Shown: positions 21,378 through 32,080, numbered from the whole stretch's first letter. The stretch is DNA of 63,973 nucleotides, filler included, from Barthelona sp. PAP020 (GCA_040182905.1; 3 parts of 3 records of this genome joined end to end with filler, not necessarily neighbours in it), one strand, 5' to 3'. Notes: generated by a model not told the origin, from the sequence alone. Translations and numbers: made by a program.

Positions 21378-21999
21378 ATAATCCAAATATATGTTGGAAA
21401 TACTTCTTTTACTGAAATAAATAGTCTACGTTGTTTTATTTTTCTTCTTCTGTGAACCTTTTTCAAAACTTTCCAAAATTTGAGATTGGAGATCTCAGTT
21501 GATTGATAAATTACAAATCATGATCTTCATTCTTTTCGGGGGGGTTCAGCGTTCCTAAAAGGAAATTCTTTTTCAACAAAAGACAATGAAACAATAAAAG
21601 TTTTGTTAGTTTGCCAAATATTTGGGAATATACCAGCAGCAGTAAGTGATGAGGTCTTTTTATGTGGTTATACGTTTATTCAATGGATGTTTTATCATAA
21701 ATTCCCTTCTTGTATAAATTATAGTCCGTTCTTTGATATAACCACGGTGAAAATTTAATTATTGAGCCAGGCCATTAAGCATTATTTATATAAGAAATTT
21801 TAAAATAAAGTTTTAATGTAGAAAGAAGTTTTCGAATATCGAGAATCTATCCATTGAAAATCCAAAGAATATTAACCATTAATTAAGGCTTGAAAGCCAT
21901 TAATTGGTCCAGTTGTGAAACAACTATATTTATTTACAAAGAAAGTAAACTCAGAAAACTCATTCTAGCAAATTTCAGTCAAAATCCCAGGAGGGGAAT

Positions 22000-22099
22000 N
22001 NNNNNNNNNNNNNNNNNNNNNNNNNNNNNNNNNNNNNNNNNNNTTAATTAATTAANNNNNNNNNNNNNNNNNNNNNNNNNNNNNNNNNNNNNNNNNNNN
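22000..22099. other. Artificial assembly spacer (44 N + TTAATTAATTAA + 44 N)
   Basis: Seen directly; TTAATTAATTAA places stops in all six frames. Confidence 0.97.
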
Positions 22100-23182
22100 T
22101 CTTTCTTATGGGATTATTAGCTTTATATGCAGGAGTATTTTGGTTAGTTCTTCCTTTGCGTCTTCTTTCGGTGAAATTTTTGTTGTTGCCAAATTAATAT
22201 CTGCTTTTCAATTTGCACAACAACAATAATTTCACAAGACAATAATAATAAATGTTTATAAAGACCTTTATTGTTCTCGATTAAAGTTTGGAAGCACTTG
22301 TAACTGGGTCGTTTTGCGTAGATAGTTTAGAACACTCCTAAATAAAAGAAGAAATGCTTCCGGTTTAGATGGGGCGGGTATTTTAAGTGTAATACTTTCC
22401 TTTGGCCCCTTGATTCACTATAATGTCTCCATTCGTGTTCGCTTGGCAATAATTTGATATTCTTTGTTGATCTGTTTTATTTGCGTGTCCTTAATCTTAG
22501 AATTCTTACGATTCCGTATTATTGGTTGAACTTTTTAATTTAATACCCAATAATATCAGAAATTGCAAAAAGAAACCATAAATACATTTATATTGTCTTT
22601 TGCGTGAAATTTATCCGCTTTGGTGCAAATACCAAGAAATTCAGAGAAATTTTAAATTTCAAAATTGAACTTGTTCAAAAAATATTTTATCACATGCAGT
22701 ATGTTAATCTCAAAAATTTTCTTTTTGAAAGCCAAAACATTGCATGATTATTGTTTGAAACTGACCAATTTGGAATACAGTAACTGGCTCAGTAAATGTT
22801 TGGGATGTATCTTAACTCATATAACAACCAGCAAATACTAATGAATTACTTTTTTTGGTTTTCACACTGGATAAAAAGGATTGTCAAATAAATCAAGAAG
22901 AATCAAATGGATATCATACTGATCTAATTCAATTTTTGGTTCGGCTGTTTGTCCAGAATTTTACCGTTAATAATGGAAAACAATTGCAAAAAAAAATCAT
23001 CACTTAAAAAAACAAAAAACAAATGTAACAGACTTAAATTTTTAAATAATTCTTTCAAAAGTTTTACTGAGTCAATGTCTTTAAATTCTGCTTCAAAATT
23101 TTCTGAAAACTTCTTGAACTTTTTTGAGGATTCGAGTTTTTTTTTTAAAACATTCTGTTTTCTTCAATAAAAATCCTGATAC

Positions 23183-23527
23183 TTACTTCAGAAACATTTT
23201 TGAAACCATAGAGTGACATCTTCCCCATTGGATAAGAGTTGCAACGTCAAAATAATTGTTAGGATGGCCATCTCTCACAAAATAATCTAGTTTATCCACA
23301 TCTATTCCATTCAAACTGTTGGAAACAATTTTAGACTGAAAATAACGTATTTGAATGCTTTTTGGATTTGTATTGATCAATTCACAATCGGAAGAGTCAG
23401 CTTTCACCTCTTTTCCATTTATCACATCAGAAATAAATGTCAAATCATCCTCAGTACATGCAAAATTACATTTTTCCTTCATATATCTGAAGATTCTGCA
23501 AAACATTTCCTCATGATCTATTTTCAA
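23183..23527 (-). pseudogene. SAMHD1-like HD-domain dNTPase fragment
   Basis: HEEM...EDDLTFISDVING...KIVSNSLNGIDVDKLDYFVRD resembles SAMHD1 HEQ...EEDICFIKEQI...[21 protein letters not shown]; no upstream in-frame ATG before HEE, tandem stops upstream, N-terminal HD motif and C-terminal lobe absent from the frame. Confidence 0.65.
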
Positions 23528-24094
23528 TAGGTTATTTTTTTTTAAAGAATCAATTTCTTTGACATTGATTCATCAGTTGTCTCCTGATATTTTTTTTTTC
23601 CCTTTGTTCTCTCAACTACAAACTTTCACATTTCCCTCTAAATATGAATAAACATTAGATTTATAATTTGAAAATTTAGTAATTTTACAGAAATTTTCTT
23701 ACAAAAAAAAAATCTTAAAAATTGAACAAATAATTCCAATTTGAAAGTTTTCATGTGAAAATAACAGGTATTGGGACATGGAAAATAGACAAAAGCTTTC
23801 AATCATGAACACAATCAAAAGCAATATTTTAACCTTACTGCAAAAGAAGCTCTTCATATCTTCATATCTTCAATTTTCTTCTTTATACAACATGCAATTC
23901 AAAAAATCGATTATTTTCATTTTTCTTTTGAAAAATCCACTCTTTGATATCAATAATAGTTGAAAGTAAATATATGGCATATAATATATCAAAAGAACAT
24001 CAAGCTAATAAAAACAAAAAATTTTGTAAATTAAACCAGAACGATGTGAGAGGTTGAACCCCTTTTTTATTTTGTTTTTATTGATATTATTAAT

Positions 24095-24676
24095 ATGAAT
24101 GATAATGAACAAAGACCTTTTTATTTGCAAACATTGATCCAAAAAAGATATGAAGAATATCCATTTGAAATATCCAAAATATATGCATTACCATCAAATT
24201 CAGAACGATTAGTGTGGATATATGAAAATTTCAGACAATTTTCGGTTGAATTAAGTCATTATTTAGTAGATTTAGGAAAACTATGTACAGATCAGTCTTG
24301 TCCTTCAATGTTGGCAGCGGGAGAATATGTCTTTTATTGTGCATCACACAGTAAACCTCAACCTTGTCCTGCTATTGATTATTGTTGTCACACTTTGGAT
24401 GCGGCTATTGGTTTATTAAACAGCATTGCCACTTTTCCATCAAGAAATTCCATCTCTTTGGAATACGAACAGTATTTTATTTCCTTTGCTCGAAGACTTT
24501 ATCGAATATTTGGACATGTATATTACCACCATTACAATTTTTTCATTGAACAAGAAAAGAACAAACGTTTATGTGAAAGGTTTTCGTATTTCACTCTCAA
24601 ATTCAATCTGCTGAAGAAAAACATGATTTCGATTCCAAAATTTGCTGAGCTTGATGTTGGAGATATCAATACTTGA
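24095..24676 (+). CDS. MOB4: MOB kinase activator-like 4 (phocein)
   Basis: VWIYENFRQF...CTDQSCPSMLA...FYCASHSKPQPCPAIDYCCHTLD...FPSR...RRLYRIFGHVYYHH are phocein-specific motifs. Confidence 0.92.
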   Translation: MNDNEQRPFYLQTLIQKRYEEYPFEISKIYALPSNSERLVWIYENFRQFSVELSHYLVDLGKLCTDQSCPSMLAAGEYVFYCASHSKPQPCPAIDYCCHTLDAAIGLLNSIATFPSRNSISLEYEQYFISFARRLYRIFGHVYYHHYNFFIEQEKNKRLCERFSYFTLKFNLLKKNMISIPKFAELDVGDINT

Positions 24677-24705
24677 AGGCTATAAATAATACAATTCAGA
24701 ACTGT

Positions 24706-26505
24706 TCACTCGTGAATATGGTTCAAAATGGTTTTAAAGGCAACTTTGTCTTCATAAATAGTATTATAAAAGAGTTTTGTTAGTTTTTGTAAGGTATTTG
24801 AGCTGTCAATGTCAAAGATTGTTTCACCAATTTTGAAAGAGAATATTGAAGTTGGTGAATTTTTTTGGTTTTTTTTTCCCAAGCCTAATCCCCAAAATGA
24901 CTCCTTTGAATTGGCTATCAGCATTGAAATATCCACCTTGACAATGTTATCGACTAGAACTATGATGAAATCAGCTTGAATATCTGCAGCCTCGTAGTAG
25001 GGCACAATGTTGTATGACAAGAACTCCATATCGGGATAATCAAGCAAGAATTTTGTCAGCTCATTTTCATACAGATGTTTGGTCAACAATGTTGATGTTA
25101 CGAACAAAAAAGACTTTTGTTGTGCGGATTCCAAAATTGAGTACAATAAAAAAATATGTGAAGCAAAGCGAGAAAACTTGGATCGATCAGGGAGCTGGGG
25201 TATAAAGAAAGAAGAAACACCTCTCCTTTTCTTTGTATCAACTTCAAACGGAAAACTGCGAAAATCAACAGCCGAGTGAAAATAAGGGCTATTGTTCACA
25301 TTTGCAGAATGAAAAAAAGGGACGGGAGATATGAGGTGTTGGGCTCTAGTGAAATAGAAATTCCTGAAAGAAGAAAAATGACAGATTAACAATTTGACAT
25401 ACAAACAAGGAACCATATTGATTGCTTGTACAATAAAAGTTGAATATGCAGGCACTTCTTCCAGTTGAAGAAAATCAAAGACTTGTTCAACAGAGAGGCA
25501 ATAACACGATGAGTCTTGATGAGCATTCCTAAACATTTGCAAAGATGTATTTGAGGGAAACAGAATAACTGCCTTGTTATAGTCAACATTTTGCCTAATA
25601 AATAAATCGGAGTTCACCCTTTCTGATCCCATGTCTATCCAATTCACTTGTTTTTCCCTTTGACATAACTCCTTCTGGTCCTTTAGCATATAATGAGTAT
25701 AAAACTCAAGATTTTTAAATTGACTGTTTAAATACATCAGAGGAATCAGGGCCACATGCAGATCTTCAATAGTGGGAACAGTTGTGGCCGGATTCTCAAA
25801 AATTATCACCAATTTAAGAATTCCTCCTTCATAAAGAAGATCAACAACATCTCCAACATAGACATCTACAATTTCAATCCCTTCAGAAACCTTTGCAAAA
25901 TAAACATGTTCACCTCTTTTCACTTTTCGAAAATTGGGACCCAACGAACTAACGGCAAAAATAAATTTCAGTTTTTCATCGATGCATTCATATTCAATAG
26001 AGGATTGAATGCGAGTAATGTCAATATTAACGCTTAGATAGTCTTTCCTGGCTATAAGTCCCTTTTTACATAATGCAATATGTGGCAATTCATTTTCAAA
26101 CACCCATTCATCATCTTTAAATGACAATTTTGATTTTCTAATGGCAGAATTAAAATCACGTATTAAATTACTTCGAATACCTAAGATATGCAAATAAATT
26201 AAATCATTAATATTGGTAAAATTGTCTAAATTGTTGTTAATAGCAGTTTCCTCAAGGGTATCAGAATAAATGGAAGAATTAGCCATTGGTAATTCAATTT
26301 GTGGTTGAATAAAGAGTTCACGAAACCTATTTATTATCTCTTTGTCCTCATTTAAGTGTATATTAAAGCATTCCAAACAATTTTTCATTAATTCAATATC
26401 ATTTGTCTTTTGAACAAATTTTATCAATCCAAAATCACTTAATCCTAATGCTTCAATATATTTTGGACAGAAATCTCGAATAACAATTCCTCTAACAACA
26501 TTCAT
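24706..26505 (-). CDS. Hypothetical 599-aa protein, possibly an eroded Aquarius (AQR/IBP160) helicase homolog
   Basis: Long clean ORF; weak colinear similarity to AQR blocks recalled by eye; no Walker A. Confidence 0.4.
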   Translation of the reverse strand: MNVVRGIVIRDFCPKYIEALGLSDFGLIKFVQKTNDIELMKNCLECFNIHLNEDKEIINRFRELFIQPQIELPMANSSIYSDTLEETAINNNLDNFTNINDLIYLHILGIRSNLIRDFNSAIRKSKLSFKDDEWVFENELPHIALCKKGLIARKDYLSVNIDITRIQSSIEYECIDEKLKFIFAVSSLGPNFRKVKRGEHVYFAKVSEGIEIVDVYVGDVVDLLYEGGILKLVIIFENPATTVPTIEDLHVALIPLMYLNSQFKNLEFYTHYMLKDQKELCQREKQVNWIDMGSERVNSDLFIRQNVDYNKAVILFPSNTSLQMFRNAHQDSSCYCLSVEQVFDFLQLEEVPAYSTFIVQAINMVPCLYVKLLICHFSSFRNFYFTRAQHLISPVPFFHSANVNNSPYFHSAVDFRSFPFEVDTKKRRGVSSFFIPQLPDRSKFSRFASHIFLLYSILESAQQKSFLFVTSTLLTKHLYENELTKFLLDYPDMEFLSYNIVPYYEAADIQADFIIVLVDNIVKVDISMLIANSKESFWGLGLGKKNQKNSPTSIFSFKIGETIFDIDSSNTLQKLTKLFYNTIYEDKVAFKTILNHIHE

Positions 26506-26789
26506 CAAAATAAAATTTTCTATTTTTTTTTAATAAAAATAATCAAATATCCATTTATTTCAATTTTTTCACTTATTCTCTTTAAAAATATAAAAGTGAA
26601 AATGAAAAAAAATTTATCTCTTTCTTTTTGTATTTTTCCCCAAAAAAAAAAATTTCTTTTTTTTAACGTTATTATTTATACTTATCTTATAATAAACAAG
26701 ATATGCAAAAATGAAAAAAAAATATTTCTGAAAAATTGGCTAAAACCATCTTTCTTTTTTCCGTTTCTTTTTTGTGATTGAACTTCAAC

Positions 26790-27221
26790 ATGGGAAGGCA
26801 AAAAGCCGTCTTGAGCAGAGCACAAATTGAGGAACAATTTCATCTTCCAATTAAGGATGCAGCACAACTACTAGGTATTTCTGTCACAACTCTAAAGCAA
26901 CGCTGCAGAGAATACGGGATTAAAGTTTGGCCCTTCAAAAGAAAATATTACAAGAAAGAGGAAACTTCAACTCCTATTGGTATTGATTATGATATGAAAA
27001 CGCCAGAAATTCAGCATTCTCAACAAAAAATCATGAATTCCAATGCACTCATGTATTCATTTCCTTATAATGTACCAATTCAAGCATATATGATCAATCC
27101 ATATACTACTTATCAAGTTAATATGAATACAATGAATCCTATGGTGAATAATTTAATGCCATCATTTTTTCAATTCTCTCAACCAAAGAATGATTGTCGC
27201 CCTTATTTTCTTTCTTTTTAA
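26790..27221 (+). CDS. RWP-RK domain transcription factor
   Basis: LSRAQIEEQFHLPIKDAAQLLGISVTTLKQRCREYGIKVWPFKR matches the RWP-RK domain; Asn/Met/Pro-rich C-terminus. Confidence 0.9.
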   Translation: MGRQKAVLSRAQIEEQFHLPIKDAAQLLGISVTTLKQRCREYGIKVWPFKRKYYKKEETSTPIGIDYDMKTPEIQHSQQKIMNSNALMYSFPYNVPIQAYMINPYTTYQVNMNTMNPMVNNLMPSFFQFSQPKNDCRPYFLSF

Positions 27222-27352
27222 TTTTTTAAGAAGTGTGTTTAGTTTTATTGTGTGATAATGAGTGACATAATTTTGTAGTCTGTTTTTTTTTTTTTAATAA
27301 ACTTGTATTTGTTTATTTTTTTCAAAAAAAAAGAAAGGTTTTTTCACTTTAT

Positions 27353-28384
27353 TTAAATAATTGCAAAATAGATTGTTGTCCAAAAAGCAGCAAAAGGTAT
27401 ATATGCAAGCAAAACATAAAACAACATCATTGCCATTTCCATTTCACCTTTAGTGGCCAATTGACACATAATCATCAAATTACCACCACTGGGAATACTT
27501 GTTTCTAACAATAAAACCAATCTGGCTATTTTATTATCCAACAACAATCCGGTATCTTTTAAAAACATCATCAATCCAATGCCAAAAATGGGAAAAATAA
27601 TGAATCGCTGTAAAATCACCAAAACAATTGCTTTAGCAGGTAAACGTGCTTGCTCAAATGGCCTTGCAAGATTACCACCCAAAACCACCATAGCCAATGG
27701 AACTGCAGCCTTACCAAGCTTTGACAACGTATCAAAAAGTATTTGTGACCAATTCCATGTGGTTGGAAATAGAAAAAGCTTAACTGATGGAATTAATCCA
27801 CAGATAACACCAAGACAAACAGCAATAAACGGAGGACTGCATATTTTTTGTAAAATTCCAAAAAAGCCTAATGTTTGTTCTTTATTTTCACTTGTGACCA
27901 TATAATTATAACCAAATGAATAATATACCGAGGAAGAGCCGAGAATATAACAACTGACGAATGCAGTTCCCAATTCACTGGCATTCTCAATGCCATTAAA
28001 TATATTTGTTGAAGTTACAGCAGCTATCATTGATAAAGGAATGAAAGTGAAATTTCCAAAAGTCATAGAACCAATGATAACCTTTTTTACATATGGATCT
28101 ACGTCTTTTAAAAATAAACAAAAGAAGTTTCCCATAATAAATGCAAATGTGATATGAATTATTGCACAAATAGGAAAAACAATTAACTTCAAGACAGAAT
28201 TTTGATCAATGGAAGAAATTACATTACAAAATATCAATGCAGGCAAAAAAACTCGAAAAACACATTGAGCTAAAACATTTAATGATTGTCTTTGTAAAAT
28301 TTTGGTTTTTCCCAAATAAAACCCACTTAAAATAATAAATCCTATCTGACCAATTGCAACAATTGCTGCTATTAATGTTTGCAT
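27353..28384 (-). CDS. Auxin efflux carrier / PILS-like membrane transporter (Mem_trans)
   Basis: About 10 TM segments; VFLPALIF, FGNFTFIPL, SPPFIA, LGKAAVPLAMVVLGGNL, RFIIFP motifs. Confidence 0.85.
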   Translation of the reverse strand: MQTLIAAIVAIGQIGFIILSGFYLGKTKILQRQSLNVLAQCVFRVFLPALIFCNVISSIDQNSVLKLIVFPICAIIHITFAFIMGNFFCLFLKDVDPYVKKVIIGSMTFGNFTFIPLSMIAAVTSTNIFNGIENASELGTAFVSCYILGSSSVYYSFGYNYMVTSENKEQTLGFFGILQKICSPPFIAVCLGVICGLIPSVKLFLFPTTWNWSQILFDTLSKLGKAAVPLAMVVLGGNLARPFEQARLPAKAIVLVILQRFIIFPIFGIGLMMFLKDTGLLLDNKIARLVLLLETSIPSGGNLMIMCQLATKGEMEMAMMLFYVLLAYIPFAAFWTTIYFAII

Positions 28385-28501
28385 ATCGTAATCGATACAA
28401 TTTCAATATTAAATTGCAGTTCAAATTCACCAAAATAAAAAGGAAATTTTGGAAAATAAATAATCATCTTTTTTACACATATTAAACAATAAAACAATAA
28501 A

Positions 28502-31500
28502 TTAAGTTGAATATTCATCAAAAATTTGATTCGAAAACTCCTTAACGTGAAAATTATTCTGATTGACTTGAGGATCTTTACAATGTATACAATGGGCTAA
28601 AATGAATTTATTGGAGAATTTTATCATTTTCTTTTCACAACGTCTACAATTATGAGGTAGATCATGATATTCATATGTTTCTAGTTTCTTTTGAAGATGT
28701 TGCTTCAAATTCTGTTTGCAACCTTCCAAATCTACATCTTTCAAATCAAAAAAGATGACTGATTGCAAATCTTTTCCAAGTTGAAACCCTTCTTCTGGCT
28801 TTAAATAAGACGTTTCTTTCAGAATTCTATCTAGCTCCAATAGTATGTCTTGATTCGGTGAATCTTGATCAAAGAACACTTTCATGGCAGATTCACTTCG
28901 TTCTATGTTTTCAGATTTTGTGAAATTTAAAAAGTAGTTTTCTGATACATCTGCTTCACTGTTCTTTATCTTTGTGTCTGTTTCCTCATTTGGATTATCA
29001 ACAAAAGGTTCTGGAGACATTGATTCCATTGTGTCACAGGTACTTGAAATATCGAATGTATTGGTGTCTTGTGTTGTCACGTCAATTGATGTAATATCCT
29101 TAGAAATAAAGTCGTCTTCAAATATAGAAGAAGAATTCACCGTCAATGGACTATTGGTAGTGTTTTGGCTTTGTTCTAACTTGTGGTTAACATCTTCAAA
29201 CAGCGTTAGAATTCCTTTTTCATCACTATTTTCCTGTGTTGCCACATATACACTTTCAAACATGTCAAATACGTCTTTTGAGTCATTAGAAATGTCTTGA
29301 GAATTAGTTAAGTTTTCTGAAGTTTCAAACATATCAAATGCCTCATCACTTGAAAGTTTATCACTGACAGTACCATTTCTTTCCATTGATTGAGTTTCAA
29401 ACATGTCAAATTTTTTTTCATTTGCTGGAGTTTCCTTTATTGTTTCAGATTGAGAATTTTTCCAGGAAGCAGTTTGAATGTCAAAAGTTTCCTGGGTTGA
29501 TAATTCATCAATTCTAACGGGTTCAGAATCAAATTCATCAAATATTATTTGTTCATTAGTTAATTGAGGTTCTACCGCAAATATTTGATCTTTTGCTGCA
29601 ACACCATCAGAAGCAATCAAAAGAGTATCATGATTTTCAATTTCTTCTTTGAACTCTCTCTCAACTGGCTCAGTCTCAAAGATCTCAAAGATGTGCTGAT
29701 CATCATGTTCTTCTCTTTGGTTGTCAATGTGTTCATTTTCAAACATGTCGAACACATTTTGACCACTGTATTCTGTTGGTTCGTCTTCAATGTGTTGAGA
29801 CTCAAACATGTCAAAAATATCTTGTTCAGTTTGTTTGTCCGGTTGGGTAGCAACTGGCTCAGAAAACAAGTCAAATGCAGCATGTTTTTTCGGTTGGGAA
29901 TCAACAGGTTCAGATTCAAACATGTCGAATAAATCTTGTTCATATTTTTCCGGTTGGGAATCAATGGGTTCAGATTCAAACATATCGAATAAATCTTGTT
30001 CAGAATGCTTCTCGGGTTGATCATCAACCGGATCTGATTCAAATACGTCGAATACATTTTGGTTATGTTCATCTGGTTGGTTTTCAATGTGTTCAGACTC
30101 AAACACAACAAATACATCTTGTTCAGAATGTTTCTCGAGTTGAGAATTAATTTCCTCTGATTCAAACATGTCAAACACATCTTGAGTATGTTCTTCTGGT
30201 TGGTTTTCAATGGGTTCAGCCACAAATATGTTGAATATATCTTGTTCAGAATGCTTCTCGGATTGACCCTCAACGGGCTCTGATTTAAACATGTCAAACA
30301 TATCTTGTTCAATATGTTTGTCGGGTTGGGTAGCAACTGGCTCAGAATCAAACAAGTCAAATGTATGTTGGTCAATATTCGCTTTGGATTGGTCTTCAAT
30401 GTGTTCATTCTCAAACATATCGAATAAATCTTGACCACCGTATTCTACCACTTGGTCTTCAATGTGTTCTTCCTTAAACATATCAAATGTATCTTGTTCA
30501 GAATGTTTCTCGGGTTGAGTATCTGCTAAGTTGGATTCAAACATATCAAATGCATTTTGATCAATATGTTCTTCTGGCTGAATATCAACTGGTAAGGCCT
30601 CAAACATATCAAAGACATATTGATCTTTGTTGACTTCCCCTTTTGATATTCCAAATTTAGGATCAAATGTACCCCGATCTTCAGTCTGATCAAAATATTC
30701 ATCTTTGTTTTGGACAATTATTTCTGGTTGATCTACAATCCCTGTACTTTTCGCATCAAAATTTTCAAACACAAAATCATCCTTCTTTAATTCATTATCA
30801 ATTGCATTGGTTGCTTTGAACATAGTTAAACCACTATGATCGTTAGATTTCTCACTCAATACTTCATTACCAGACAGTGTGGCTATAAAAATATCAAAAG
30901 GATCATTAACAACAGTATTGGATTCAGGAACTATTGGTGACAGTGTTCTTTCTACAGTTTCCATAGCAGTTTTTACCATCTGAACTGTTGTTGTTGTCTT
31001 GTTAATATTTGATTCGGCACTTTCTTCAGGTTGCAGCCCAAGTTCTTCATCTAAAACATCAAGTAAATCATGTTTTAGCTTGATTTCAGTTTGGGCTTGA
31101 TTTTGAGCATTTACAAATATTGAGGTTTGTTGAGAATCAAAGAAGTCACTAAAATTGTCAGTTAGAGTTGCAACATTCTCATGATCCTTTTCATTGATGG
31201 TCTCAATAATAGTCTCAAATGGCTCATTTTGCTGTTGAAAAGAATCAAAAGAAAAAGTGTTGATTTCATGAACAGTTTTCGTACTGCCACTGGTTATTTC
31301 ATTCATTTCATTGTCTTTTGATCTGAATTCAACCATATCAACAAAGAAACTGTCAAAATCTGAAGATTCAACTGCTTTATCTGTTGGAACATTCCCTCTA
31401 CTTTCACTTTGGCCAATAGAGTCAAAAATTCTGTCTTTATCGTCAAATTCAACAAAATAACTAAACTTAGAAGGTAAACTACTACGTGTATTTGGAAGTT

Positions 31501-32080
31501 CATTTTCGACTTTTGAAGTTTTTTCATCTTTTTTCTCATTAACCTCATCAGCAACATGGTTGTTCTCGTAAGAAATATTCTCATCAACTATTCCAGCAAA
31601 AGGGTCTAATTCAGCTATGTCTTGGTTTTTGTCTTCAGTCCAAATAAAAAAATTCTCTTCTTGCAATATTTCGTGTGATTGCACATCTTTCTCAACAAAA
31701 ACTTCCTCACAAGTAGTATCATTTTTTTCTTGAAAAAGTTGATCACTATTCTTTAAATATGTAGTTTCTACGGGTTGTTGTTGAAGATTTGTATTTGTAT
31801 CAGTATGGTTTACATCTTTTTCAAGAAAAAAATCTTCATTAGAATCATTGGATGTAAATTGTTTTTCCCAAATTATTTCTTCATCAAAATTATTTTGCTC
31901 TGTGGGATTATTTTGCGTATTTTCATTGCTTTCGAAATCATTAAACATAAAATTTGTAATGTGTGTTTGTATATTTTCATTTGTTTTGAATATATCAGTT
32001 TCTGTTGTATCAATTTCATTTTCTTTTATATTTTTCGAATTGTTAGAAATATTTTCATCAAAAAACTCATCAAAATTCAT
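28502..32080 (-). CDS. Large acidic low-complexity protein with FDMFE-type repeats and a C-terminal CxxC/CxxC
   Basis: Intact 1192-aa ORF; many (Q/D)xFD(M/I/V/L)FE motifs; CRRC...CIHC near the C-terminus. Confidence 0.75.
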   Translation of the reverse strand: MNFDEFFDENISNNSKNIKENEIDTTETDIFKTNENIQTHITNFMFNDFESNENTQNNPTEQNNFDEEIIWEKQFTSNDSNEDFFLEKDVNHTDTNTNLQQQPVETTYLKNSDQLFQEKNDTTCEEVFVEKDVQSHEILQEENFFIWTEDKNQDIAELDPFAGIVDENISYENNHVADEVNEKKDEKTSKVENELPNTRSSLPSKFSYFVEFDDKDRIFDSIGQSESRGNVPTDKAVESSDFDSFFVDMVEFRSKDNEMNEITSGSTKTVHEINTFSFDSFQQQNEPFETIIETINEKDHENVATLTDNFSDFFDSQQTSIFVNAQNQAQTEIKLKHDLLDVLDEELGLQPEESAESNINKTTTTVQMVKTAMETVERTLSPIVPESNTVVNDPFDIFIATLSGNEVLSEKSNDHSGLTMFKATNAIDNELKKDDFVFENFDAKSTGIVDQPEIIVQNKDEYFDQTEDRGTFDPKFGISKGEVNKDQYVFDMFEALPVDIQPEEHIDQNAFDMFESNLADTQPEKHSEQDTFDMFKEEHIEDQVVEYGGQDLFDMFENEHIEDQSKANIDQHTFDLFDSEPVATQPDKHIEQDMFDMFKSEPVEGQSEKHSEQDIFNIFVAEPIENQPEEHTQDVFDMFESEEINSQLEKHSEQDVFVVFESEHIENQPDEHNQNVFDVFESDPVDDQPEKHSEQDLFDMFESEPIDSQPEKYEQDLFDMFESEPVDSQPKKHAAFDLFSEPVATQPDKQTEQDIFDMFESQHIEDEPTEYSGQNVFDMFENEHIDNQREEHDDQHIFEIFETEPVEREFKEEIENHDTLLIASDGVAAKDQIFAVEPQLTNEQIIFDEFDSEPVRIDELSTQETFDIQTASWKNSQSETIKETPANEKKFDMFETQSMERNGTVSDKLSSDEAFDMFETSENLTNSQDISNDSKDVFDMFESVYVATQENSDEKGILTLFEDVNHKLEQSQNTTNSPLTVNSSSIFEDDFISKDITSIDVTTQDTNTFDISSTCDTMESMSPEPFVDNPNEETDTKIKNSEADVSENYFLNFTKSENIERSESAMKVFFDQDSPNQDILLELDRILKETSYLKPEEGFQLGKDLQSVIFFDLKDVDLEGCKQNLKQHLQKKLETYEYHDLPHNCRRCEKKMIKFSNKFILAHCIHCKDPQVNQNNFHVKEFSNQIFDEYST
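29660..30620 (-). repeat. Imperfect coding tandem repeat, about 57-60 nt unit (EQDxFDMFESEPxxxQPEKHS)
   Basis: Recurrent TCAAACATGTC/ATCTTGTTCAG segments at about 60-nt spacing on the + strand. Confidence 0.85.

Noticed and set aside
22044..22055. TTAATTAATTAA palindrome (also at 43888-43899) as a biological element
   Set aside because: Identical and centred in exact 44-N flanks twice: a six-frame-stop assembly linker. Gene order across it should not be trusted.
23150..23186. Intron beginning GTAAGT on the - strand at the end of the SAMHD1-like fragment
   Set aside because: No RCTAAY-N4-AG 3' motif nearby and no convincing SAMHD1 continuation in any frame
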